The notes below the pieces were generated by a model. That model searched no databases and was not told the origin of the DNA. It saw only the letters and a program-made list of their open reading frames with translations. Position numbers and translations under genes: made by a program. 39,255 bases of DNA from a virus (Duplodnaviria > Caudoviricetes): the IMG/VR virus record IMGVR_UViG_3300024286_000011, positions 1-39,255 of that record. The stretch is one strand, 5' to 3'. Positions 1-8,951 of this stretch are shown here, one piece after another (positions within the stretch are counted from its first letter, which is position 1; each line of letters starts with the position of its first letter).

Positions 1-136
1 CGGCAGGGCAGTTAAGATGAGGAGCCGAGACACTGAACGAGAAAGGGGCAGCACCCTGCGCTTCGACCTTCACGAGCCTAGCCAAGTTGAAAGCGAATAT
101 GGCCAAAAGTAGAATCGCAAATATGGTTTTCTTCAT
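1..136 (-). CDS. Partial (5' end only) predicted secreted protein
   Basis: Hand translation MKKTIFAILLLAIFAFNLARLVKVEA-QGAAPFSF...; ATG at 136 overlaps the upstream TGA (ATGA); not in the ORF track. Confidence 0.75.
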   Translation of the reverse strand, partial: MKKTIFAILLLAIFAFNLARLVKVEAQGAAPFSFSVSAPHLNCPA

Positions 137-3015
137 TTCTTCACCTGCCCAGAAAGATTACTTATATGGCCTGCCATCTGCACGGCGGGAATCGCCGGTG
201 TGGGGTTTGTGGACGTAAATGTGAACCACAAGGCGTTAGCGGTCTTGTACGACTGCGCCCCTGTTAAGCCGTTTGCACCGAGGAAATTAGCCGAGACGGA
301 CTCGGTGCCACAACTCAAAGAACTTAACGGCGGCTGGCAAGAAACTGTAGGCACCACGTTATCCAGGCCGTTGTAGCAATTGTCGAGGTCAGTGCAAAGG
401 CCGAAAGGAGAGCTTTGGAAGTTGTGCGTGCCCCAATGCAAAAGTCCAGCTAGCTGGTAAGTTCCATTTACGCCCTGCGTCTGATTGACCATCCAGTTGA
501 GAAGGTTGTACCAGCCCTGCCCACGTGCAGCTTGCGTTGCGTAGCAGGGGAAGTTCGTATTGCAGTTCGCCGTTGTGATGGCGTTCTGCGTCGAAGAGTA
601 GGACGTATAGAGAAAGATCGGGCCGGTGTAATCTCTTGTAATGAATTTGTACTTGGCGCTGCCGTTTGGGTCAAACGACGGGTCAGCAAGCGTTGTGTAG
701 TAGACATCCGAATACAGCTCCATTGCTTGAGAGATTTCTCTGCGGCAGGGATTGAACCATACGCCGCACTGGTCTGGCCCTTGATAGATCATGTGCGGAG
801 CAAGAGTTTTTACGGCGGTACGGATTGGCTTCAGGTATTGAGCTGCGTATTGGGGCAACCAGCCGTCTAGGTCTGCGCCGACTGTCTGGTTGATATTGGC
901 GATGCCGAAGTCACTACCCGATTCCGTTCCACAAACGGGCTTTCCGATGCTCTCCCAGACTGCCGTTCCGTCCACTACATCGACTCCGGCAGTTGCAGAG
1001 AAGGCCGGAGCGCCGCCACTCGATGATGTTCCAGCCACGAGAACTACTTGCCATGTGCCCGTCGATACGTTGTGGATGACATCGCCAACGCCGTAGGCCG
1101 TTGAAGCGACCCGGTCAGGAAGGATTTTCAGGCAAACAGAATTCGTCCCGAAAATGCTTGTATTGGTTCCTGCTTCGTCTACGAAGCCGGTTCCCGAAGC
1201 CTTGTAGCCGCCCGTTGTGTAATTGACGGAGATTGTCGCGCCGGCAGGTAGAGGATGATTCGTTGTAATCGTGTAGGCTCCGCTTGAAAGCGTGACGTTT
1301 CCAGCGGAAACGCTTGACCCTCTACAGGTGAAGGTAACAGAGCCGCTGACCGTGGTCTGAGTGCCTGTGCAGGAACCAAACGCAGGCCAAGCCGGAGGGG
1401 TGCTGGCAGTAGTTCCTGCCGTTGTTACTTCTTCGATGTCGCTATTGGAGTCCGTGATGACGTAGTGCAGTGGATAGGCATTTGACCCGACAAACGCGCC
1501 AGCAGCTTTCCAGACAGACTGCCCTGCCGAGCCGCCGCAATTGTTGAGGGAATTCCAGCAACCAAAACCAAAGAAGACTGGCGAGCCACCCGAAGGAGTT
1601 AAATATAACTGCACACTTGTAGGTGTTACGTTTGAACCGGAAAAGGTTCCACTAAAGACTGTCGTCGCCCCGTTCCCTGTGGCAATGGTCTCTGCCGTGT
1701 GAACAGTTTCACTCGAACCCATCGTGGTATAGAGCGGCCAGCCAGCGGCGTTCATCGCAGCAAGCGAAGCGTACTTCGATTGAGAACCACAGCACAGATA
1801 ATCGGCCAAACGGCAAGGGGTGACCATGTTGCAGGTTGCTGGTGGAGTGCAGGTGGTGGAAGTTCCGTAAGGATTGTAGGTGCAAGGGGTTTTGGAATAA
1901 ACCACGGGGTCTTTGTAGAGGTAAGGACGAGCAGGACCATCAAACCGGAGAGGATTACTTGTAGCATTTCCAGCCTGGATTGGCGCGGAAATTAGAATTT
2001 GATAGGCCGGGTCATTATCATTCGCGCCTACATTTCCGTTCGTGTGAAAGTGCCATGTCGCGTTGGTGAGGGCATTCGTCCCCGTATCGTCTACCGTAAC
2101 CATGCCAAACCAGGGGCTTTTGGTAAATGAAGTAAAACTCGCGTTGAAGTTCTGAAGGAACGACTGGATGAAAGACCCGAAGTTCGGATTGTAATAATCG
2201 AGAAGCGCCCGTTTTGGGCCTGTGAGCGTGGAAGTTAGACTATAAGTTGTATTGATGAACGGCTGTGGAGCGAAAGCACCGAGGTCCACGCTCATGTAGG
2301 AAGTGGCGAACTGTTCCTGGTCGAATGGCTCTTTTGTATTGCTAGGACAAGCTCCATTCCCTGTTGGGTCATACTGTCCGGAAGAATTGTTACTGATTCC
2401 ATTGAAGTTGAGCGACAGCATTTGCGAATAGACGTTCGTCGCCATCGTACAGTTAGAGCCGCCGTATTTGGTCGTCAAGGTGCCAGCGGTAATAGTGCAA
2501 GCAGCGGTTGAAGCGCATGCAGCCCCAACTTCCACTTTGAACCTGTAATGATCAAGGAAAGAAACGAATACAGTGCGATTCTTCCCTGCCAGTGTGACGC
2601 CCTTCTTCACCCATTCATGTGCGGGCGTCACGGTACCAGAAACACCGGACTGTGTAAGCGAAGCAGGAGCCGTCATGGTCAGTGTGTTCGTTCCGAGATT
2701 GATACCCGTGATGATCGAAGCGCCTGCATCAGACCTTCCCGTATTGCAGGAAAAGTCCATCGAAGTACTCGTGCCCTTGACCATCATCGGTTCGTTTATG
2801 GCATATTTGGTTGCGTCTGCGACAACAGCCGTCTGCGTAGTTCCCGCTTGCGAGATGGTTGCGTTTTGTACGTCGGGATGGCCTGAGATAGTTGGGGCGG
2901 CGGAGCCGTCTGAATACGTTAGCAACCCGTTATCGCAGTCATAGGTCGCCTGTGCGCGGCAAGCCGGAGCAGCCAGAAGCAAAAGCCCTAGAATTACTTG
3001 CGTTGTCCGTTGCAT
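133..3015 (-). CDS. Signal-peptide-bearing Cys-rich protein; GH50/GH42-like TIM-barrel segments with inserted small beta modules (putative virion-associated glycan-binding or depolymerase protein)
   Basis: 960 aa; signal MQRTTQVILGLLLLAAPACRA-Q; motifs KYASLAAMNAAGW, AQYLKPIRTAVKTLAPHMIYQG, TQAARGQGWY...LAGLLHW; two CBM5/12-like modules (e.g. ASTAYGVGD...DGTAVW); about 27 Cys. Confidence 0.6.
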   Translation of the reverse strand: MQRTTQVILGLLLLAAPACRAQATYDCDNGLLTYSDGSAAPTISGHPDVQNATISQAGTTQTAVVADATKYAINEPMMVKGTSTSMDFSCNTGRSDAGASIITGINLGTNTLTMTAPASLTQSGVSGTVTPAHEWVKKGVTLAGKNRTVFVSFLDHYRFKVEVGAACASTAACTITAGTLTTKYGGSNCTMATNVYSQMLSLNFNGISNNSSGQYDPTGNGACPSNTKEPFDQEQFATSYMSVDLGAFAPQPFINTTYSLTSTLTGPKRALLDYYNPNFGSFIQSFLQNFNASFTSFTKSPWFGMVTVDDTGTNALTNATWHFHTNGNVGANDNDPAYQILISAPIQAGNATSNPLRFDGPARPYLYKDPVVYSKTPCTYNPYGTSTTCTPPATCNMVTPCRLADYLCCGSQSKYASLAAMNAAGWPLYTTMGSSETVHTAETIATGNGATTVFSGTFSGSNVTPTSVQLYLTPSGGSPVFFGFGCWNSLNNCGGSAGQSVWKAAGAFVGSNAYPLHYVITDSNSDIEEVTTAGTTASTPPAWPAFGSCTGTQTTVSGSVTFTCRGSSVSAGNVTLSSGAYTITTNHPLPAGATISVNYTTGGYKASGTGFVDEAGTNTSIFGTNSVCLKILPDRVASTAYGVGDVIHNVSTGTWQVVLVAGTSSSGGAPAFSATAGVDVVDGTAVWESIGKPVCGTESGSDFGIANINQTVGADLDGWLPQYAAQYLKPIRTAVKTLAPHMIYQGPDQCGVWFNPCRREISQAMELYSDVYYTTLADPSFDPNGSAKYKFITRDYTGPIFLYTSYSSTQNAITTANCNTNFPCYATQAARGQGWYNLLNWMVNQTQGVNGTYQLAGLLHWGTHNFQSSPFGLCTDLDNCYNGLDNVVPTVSCQPPLSSLSCGTESVSANFLGANGLTGAQSYKTANALWFTFTSTNPTPAIPAVQMAGHISNLSGQVKK

Positions 3016-6000
3016 GTCAGCGAGTAATTATCCGTTCCTGTCCCGGTCAGTACGACCGTCGTTGCCGTGAAAGTCCCTAAAGTGATTGCGTTCGCCGGTG
3101 TCGTTGTATCGCGCACGGTGCAGTTATAAGTCGATGCGGAGAAAAATCCGTTTCCTGGGAAGGTAACGGTTGCCGTGCCTGCCGCAAGGGCGCCTGTCTG
3201 GGTATGCGGAGTGCTTTCGATGATGGTTCCAGTACCGGAGTCGGAGATTGAGAGCGTATCGGCGGAATCAAATATATTGTCCGCACCGATGAAGGTCTTG
3301 GACATCGCGGCGTTGTTCACGTTGATGTCGATGCTTGTCGCGCCGTTGAAGCCGTCGAAGCTGCTGCCGATGACCTTATTCCATAAGCCGGTTGAGGAGT
3401 TCCCGATGTCGAGTACCACGCCAAAGGAACTAGCGTTGCCGTTTCCGTGACAATTGACAGTGACTTGATTGAAGTTTGCGGCCTTGCCGTTGGCATTGCC
3501 TTTGATGGTTACGCACGTCGCGTTCGCCGCCAGCCGACAAACGCCTGTAATGATGTTGTGGTTGAAGGGATTCTGCGAAGAGGAACCGGTGAAGCAGTTT
3601 AGTCCACCGCCCACGTTATCCGCGATGAAGTGGATGTGGTTATTCTCGCAGTCTACGCAATTGACTTCATTCTCATTCGCTCCGCCGTGAATCGTGACAT
3701 CCACCTTGAAGTCGTAAAAGTCTCCCAAGTTGAATGCAGCGGAAGAGGTTGCGTGACCATTTAGGTCAATGACATTCCCCGTAGCTTGACCGTTGTATGG
3801 TCCGAATATCTTGATGGCTCCAGCCCCGCCAGTTGTAGTCTGGCTAACCTGGTTCTCGTTTATCACCCAACCCTTATAAGCTGCATTCTGGACAGCCGCT
3901 TGGCCGTTGATGGAGATAGACGTAGCGCCGGAAGTCGTCTGCACGATTTTGTTCTTTATGATAGTCGTATCGGTGACGGTGCTGCCGGAAACCTGATTCG
4001 AGATGATGCAGCCAGTGGAAGCGGAAGGCCCGAAAGCTGCTACTCGGTTATTTTCAATCACTGTTCCTTGAATCGTACCGGAAGCGGTAGAAGCCGAGTT
4101 GATGCCGATACATGGGTCAACCTGCGTGCCTAGAAAAACGTTGTTCGTGATAAGCCCGCGAGTCGCAGAGCTTGTCAGATCGACCACAGGAAGCGCCGAA
4201 GAAACCGTTCCTGGATTTTGGTGGATTGAGTTCTTTACAAAGTCATCCGTACCTTGAATCTCCACAAACCGCGCCGTAGAGGTAAACGTTCCATCGTCAA
4301 GCGTGCAGCCGTCAATGCCTGATTCGTTTCCGGTGAACTTTAGACCGGAGGCTCCAGAGCCGCGTTGAATGATTGCTCCGAAGGTGGGGCAATAGATAAC
4401 AAATCCGCTATTAGCTAGAGTCGTCACGGAAGTCGGAAGTGTATACGTCCCAGGAGCTAAGCATTCTCTCGTGTTCGCTGTGCCGCTGGGAGTGTAAGCA
4501 CCAGGTGCAGGGTTGGTGCCGCAAGCATTCGTGGATGCGCCACCGCCACTGGAATTGATCGTTACGTCCGTGCTATTCGAGCCAGCATTGTCAGCAAATC
4601 CGAACGTTACGTTTGTTCCGGGGATGAGGTTCAAACGGCCCCGCTGCGTCTGTGAAGTTCCATTGTTGCCGACTAGCTGATAGAAGAGGCTCGCGCAGGG
4701 TAAACCCGTCGAAGAATTGAATGTAATAGCCTGACAGCCACCAATGAAAGCACTGAATGTCGGAATAAGATCGGCAAACCAGTTCGGCGCATTGTCCTGC
4801 GTCACGTCCGCCCGCCAGCCGGGAAGTACAGTTAGCGCAGAACCTCCATTGATAAGTTGTGTTGTAGGCGTGATTGTCAGATTGCCGGAATTGTAGTTTG
4901 GTGCCCTAAAGGGGAAGTTAGAAGCGAACGGAGCCGCAATCGCGGGAAGCGTTAGCGTAGCTGTTGTGCCACCGCTAAAACGAATGCTCGCAGCCCTATC
5001 TCCGGCCACGGCTGTGTAGTTTGTGCTTTGCGTATTTGTAAAAACGCCCAATTGTCCGACTTGAGGAGCTGTAGCGCCAGGGGAAGGATTATTCCAGAAC
5101 GGGATATAAAGACCGGCAAGCGCAGGAGGTCCGAATCCGGTAATCGTGTTAGATACCCCTACGCCAGAATAAGCGGCAATAGCGAACTGCGAACTAGGAA
5201 TGACGTTTGCCGAACCACCGGAATTGGAGCTTTTTAGTTCGCAATTTGTTCCATCGCAATCAAACAAATCAGAAACGCCGCTTGATAAGGTTACGGAAGA
5301 TACTGATCCACCGGCAATAAGAATCGTTCCGCTATCGGGCTGTACAGTTACAAGGTTAGGTCCACCTGTGATGTTCTGGATATGCCACGGCTGGCCGACG
5401 ACGGCGTGAGGGAGCGTGACAGTGAATGCTCCGCCTGTCGGGTCAGCCTTGATGTCGAAATCGTTGATTGTTGCGGTGTAATTTGATGTGACGGTAACTT
5501 GCGTACCGCCGATTCCACCGCCTCTAACCTGCGACCCCCAGAGCAATGTTTTCGACATGCCGCTAGGACCGCCACCAGCAGTCGTTGGTATGGCCTGAAA
5601 TAAGTTGCCAGTGGCTACAACGCTTGTCCCGGTGATGAGCGTGCCGCTGTTGACCGCTGTCCCATTGAAATACACGTAGTACCCAGCTGGAGGAGGAGAT
5701 GGGGCAGTCCAGGAAATCTGAACAGTTTGATTTCCGGTTGTAGTGGTTACATTTATTGGGATGCTTGGGCCGCTTTGTCCGCCGTTTGAATCCACTGCGG
5801 TTACGGCCACTGGGAATGTTCCCACGGGAAGAGTTCCGCCAGCCGTAGGCGCTCCGGCAGTTACGTTCGTTGGCGGGTCGCCCTGCACGATAATCACTCC
5901 TGGCGGGATGGCCCTGATAACGGAATTCGCCTCTATGACCTTGCCAACTTTTCGCACCGCCCCTGGCGCACCATAAACGGTGGAAAGTTGCGGAGCGACG

Positions 6001-8951
6001 TAGGAACTGCCAAAGTTGTATTGGTCATTCTCGCTTTCGCTGTAGAACGATACGTTGGAAGCGGCGGTTCCGATATTGACAGAGCCTCCTCCGGTTCCGC
6101 CTTGTTCCATGCTGCTCAGCCGAAGTCCGTCTAAGAGGGACACGCCAGCGGACATTTCCACTGAAGGGGCAAGCCCGCAAGTCGGGTCAGCCCTAACAAT
6201 TTGTTCAATCGACCAGTTAAACCAGTTGGAATTGTTGATGTTATGGAATCCGATGAGAGGGCCGCAACTGTTTTCCGAGAATATGTCCGAAAACAACCAC
6301 GGCGACCCCATCTGAGCGACGGCGAAGTTAGGTATCGCATCGTTATCAATTCCGATGGCTTGCGACATCTGAAAAATAGTGTGAAGGAACTTACCTTCTC
6401 CGGGTGCCGCATTAGCTACGCTTGAACCCATGAGTCGGAAGCCTGGAGGAGCAAAGTACTTGCTGGAAGTTGTTGCAGAAAAAACATTTCTCTCAAACAG
6501 GTAGTGGAAACCTACTCCGCGAAGAACCATTGGAGCTGAACCGGAATCGTTCGCGCCAACGCTGATAAAAGAATCGTGAATGTTTTCTGTAGTGCAATTC
6601 TGGTCGCACAGCACAATCCATTGACCCGGATTAGTTCCGCTCGAATTGGAGATGAACATATGGTCGATTTCGTTCTGGTTTCCCAGGAACATTACCGGGT
6701 AGGATGAGCCGCCCCAACTTCCGTAATTTGTCGTCGCAAAAGAAGGTGTGCCGTGATTGTTAGGGGCACCGCCAATGATGCGCGTCGACAAAGTGTTTTT
6801 GGTTGGCTGCGTAGCAAATACTCCACCGCTCACTGTGTACGTTACGTTCCCGTTGTTGCTAACAGCGGGCATCACGTACGGGAAATTCAGATAGAAAAGG
6901 TTCCCTGCCGCATTGGGAACAAAAACCTCTCCGCCTTTAACGGCGAGCGCCGCATTGTGCGCCGCAAGAAAAGCCGCCGTATTGTCATGCAGAGCCGCTA
7001 CTCCGGAAATGGTATTTGAAGCCGCATTCGCTACGACGATTGACGTTCCCGGCGCACCGGAAACGATGGTTGTGGCTAAAGCCTGATTCGTAGCCGAGGC
7101 TGGGGCCGTTGTGGGGACTTCCGGCATTCCCGTAAGAGTTGGAGTACCCCAGTTGTAATCATCGTAGAAAGGCTCTGATCCTTGTGCGATTCCCACGAGA
7201 TTGTACGAACCAGACCCATTATCTTGGCGGTAGATCAAATACCGCATGGCGGTCGCTTGTGAAGTGAAATAAACGAAGTTATGGGCCGGAACTTCCACAG
7301 TTCCAGTACTACAAGTTGAAGTTATGTCAGGGCGGCTTTTTGATGGGGTATCAATCGTCAGTGTATTAGCCGATGGCGTTGTTTTCACCATCCATACGCC
7401 ATTCATGTTCGAGTTGCAACCAGCTATCTTTATTGGAGAATTGAGTTCAAAGTTGTGTGTCGCTGCTGTGGTAATGGAAATCGTACCTGAAACAAGCGAC
7501 GCCGTGGTGATGTTCACGGGATTTGTTTGAAATGTGGCCGCCCCGGTAGTTATCGTAGTCGCAGGGCTGGCGGCCGTTACGCCTAGACTAAAATCCTCCG
7601 CCGCCACCTTATAGCTTCTCGTGGTGCTGCCGTTGATAATTCCCTTGGGCACCACGCTAGAAGGTGCTGTCGGAGTCGTCAGCGAAGTAGCCGCTCCGCA
7701 TTGGTGAAGAACTATTCCATCTCCATTGATGAAATCTAAAGCACTCGCCAGTGTTACGGACGTTGAACTGGCGCAGTTAGCGGTAGTTGTTAAAGCTGGA
7801 AATGCTAAAGCTCTAGCGCCTTGACGTGTGACGTCAAAACTTGGATTCGGTCCTTTTCCGTGAACATCATCATCAACGTTGAGCGTTGTTCCAGTTTCGC
7901 AGGCATTCGATGCTCCGAAAGAGCCGGAAGCGTTTTTTTGCAAGCAGTTCAAGGGATTAGCCGGAGTTCCGCCTCCACCGCCGCCCGTTCCGCCACCAAT
8001 GCCAATCCAGGTAGTTCCTGTCCATGAATACAAAATACGATTGCAGTGCGCGGCTGTCGTATCGAAGGTAAATCCTTGCGGGTTGCTGACATTTCCGGGG
8101 AAGGCGAAAGTTCTTCCGCCGACACCATCCTGACAAGCGTTCAAAATTAATTGCGTTCCAGGCCGTCCTGTAGTTGTGAAAATAGAAGAGGTTACGTTCC
8201 CCGTAAGCGTTATGTCAAAAATGGCTGCTCTGGAATTGGATAGCGTCGGAGTAGCTGAAAATGTGACGGGATAGTAGTCGAAAGCGCCATCCGGTATATT
8301 GTCCAGTTGATGCCAATTCGTTCCGTTATAAACAAAAGTTACTTTGTTATTGGCGAGCGGCAAAATCCTGAAAGCGAAATCGTCTGCAAAGATGAAATTC
8401 CCCGGCCACGCCACCGTATGACCGCCAGTGGCATCTTGATCGAAAGCGAAACGAAGCAAGTTCCCGTTAACAGGAGTGCCGGTAATCGTTATCGCCGTGA
8501 TGTTGGCTGTCAGCGTCGTGGAATAGCTGGCATTCTGGCTCGCAGCGAAAGACGGTGTGGCAGAAAAGGCCACGGAACTGTTGGGCAGGCCGCCAGCCGA
8601 AGCGCAAGAAGCTCCTACGATGCAAGGCAGAATGATTTGGAATGGACCGTGAGCAATGACGTTCAGGCCGGTTACGGTGTATGAGTAGGAACCTGGTACG
8701 GCCCAAAAACCAAAGTTCCCGAAAGCATCTGTGACGATAGGATTGGACTGCGGAATCGTAAGAGCTTGGTCTTGGTAGATATTCACCGTAGGGGAGCAAG
8801 GAACGCCGGGAGCATTTGCCGCGCAGATAGTGATTTGTGCGCCGCCAACAGGTCTCCCCGTAGAGCCTAGAATTATGGCTTGGTAATTGCTGCCTTGCCC
8901 ATAAGCGAGGGCAGGAAAGAAAAGCGCCAGTGCTAGAAACAAACGTTTCAT
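2994..8951 (-). CDS. Giant tailspike/tail-fibre-like protein with signal peptide, head-binding-like domain and two beta-helix regions
   Basis: 1985 aa, T/S/G/N-rich; MKRLFLALALFFPALAYG-Q; IYQDQALTIPQSNPIVTDAFGNFGFWAVPGSY; FDVTRQGA...DNTAAFLAA...GGEVFVP beta-helix cap; second region after CLAPGTY; ATGA-coupled to the upstream gene. Confidence 0.75.
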   Translation of the reverse strand: MKRLFLALALFFPALAYGQGSNYQAIILGSTGRPVGGAQITICAANAPGVPCSPTVNIYQDQALTIPQSNPIVTDAFGNFGFWAVPGSYSYTVTGLNVIAHGPFQIILPCIVGASCASAGGLPNSSVAFSATPSFAASQNASYSTTLTANITAITITGTPVNGNLLRFAFDQDATGGHTVAWPGNFIFADDFAFRILPLANNKVTFVYNGTNWHQLDNIPDGAFDYYPVTFSATPTLSNSRAAIFDITLTGNVTSSIFTTTGRPGTQLILNACQDGVGGRTFAFPGNVSNPQGFTFDTTAAHCNRILYSWTGTTWIGIGGGTGGGGGGTPANPLNCLQKNASGSFGASNACETGTTLNVDDDVHGKGPNPSFDVTRQGARALAFPALTTTANCASSTSVTLASALDFINGDGIVLHQCGAATSLTTPTAPSSVVPKGIINGSTTRSYKVAAEDFSLGVTAASPATTITTGAATFQTNPVNITTASLVSGTISITTAATHNFELNSPIKIAGCNSNMNGVWMVKTTPSANTLTIDTPSKSRPDITSTCSTGTVEVPAHNFVYFTSQATAMRYLIYRQDNGSGSYNLVGIAQGSEPFYDDYNWGTPTLTGMPEVPTTAPASATNQALATTIVSGAPGTSIVVANAASNTISGVAALHDNTAAFLAAHNAALAVKGGEVFVPNAAGNLFYLNFPYVMPAVSNNGNVTYTVSGGVFATQPTKNTLSTRIIGGAPNNHGTPSFATTNYGSWGGSSYPVMFLGNQNEIDHMFISNSSGTNPGQWIVLCDQNCTTENIHDSFISVGANDSGSAPMVLRGVGFHYLFERNVFSATTSSKYFAPPGFRLMGSSVANAAPGEGKFLHTIFQMSQAIGIDNDAIPNFAVAQMGSPWLFSDIFSENSCGPLIGFHNINNSNWFNWSIEQIVRADPTCGLAPSVEMSAGVSLLDGLRLSSMEQGGTGGGSVNIGTAASNVSFYSESENDQYNFGSSYVAPQLSTVYGAPGAVRKVGKVIEANSVIRAIPPGVIIVQGDPPTNVTAGAPTAGGTLPVGTFPVAVTAVDSNGGQSGPSIPINVTTTTGNQTVQISWTAPSPPPAGYYVYFNGTAVNSGTLITGTSVVATGNLFQAIPTTAGGGPSGMSKTLLWGSQVRGGGIGGTQVTVTSNYTATINDFDIKADPTGGAFTVTLPHAVVGQPWHIQNITGGPNLVTVQPDSGTILIAGGSVSSVTLSSGVSDLFDCDGTNCELKSSNSGGSANVIPSSQFAIAAYSGVGVSNTITGFGPPALAGLYIPFWNNPSPGATAPQVGQLGVFTNTQSTNYTAVAGDRAASIRFSGGTTATLTLPAIAAPFASNFPFRAPNYNSGNLTITPTTQLINGGSALTVLPGWRADVTQDNAPNWFADLIPTFSAFIGGCQAITFNSSTGLPCASLFYQLVGNNGTSQTQRGRLNLIPGTNVTFGFADNAGSNSTDVTINSSGGGASTNACGTNPAPGAYTPSGTANTRECLAPGTYTLPTSVTTLANSGFVIYCPTFGAIIQRGSGASGLKFTGNESGIDGCTLDDGTFTSTARFVEIQGTDDFVKNSIHQNPGTVSSALPVVDLTSSATRGLITNNVFLGTQVDPCIGINSASTASGTIQGTVIENNRVAAFGPSASTGCIISNQVSGSTVTDTTIIKNKIVQTTSGATSISINGQAAVQNAAYKGWVINENQVSQTTTGGAGAIKIFGPYNGQATGNVIDLNGHATSSAAFNLGDFYDFKVDVTIHGGANENEVNCVDCENNHIHFIADNVGGGLNCFTGSSSQNPFNHNIITGVCRLAANATCVTIKGNANGKAANFNQVTVNCHGNGNASSFGVVLDIGNSSTGLWNKVIGSSFDGFNGATSIDINVNNAAMSKTFIGADNIFDSADTLSISDSGTGTIIESTPHTQTGALAAGTATVTFPGNGFFSASTYNCTVRDTTTPANAITLGTFTATTVVLTGTGTDNYSLTCNGQRK
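8001..8573 (-). repeat. Tandem duplicated ~95-aa tail-fibre module
   Basis: VAFSATPSF...TLTANIT...QDATGGHTVAWPGN...YNGTNW versus VTFSATPTL...TLTGNVT...QDGVGGRTFAFPGN...WTGTTW. Confidence 0.8.
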
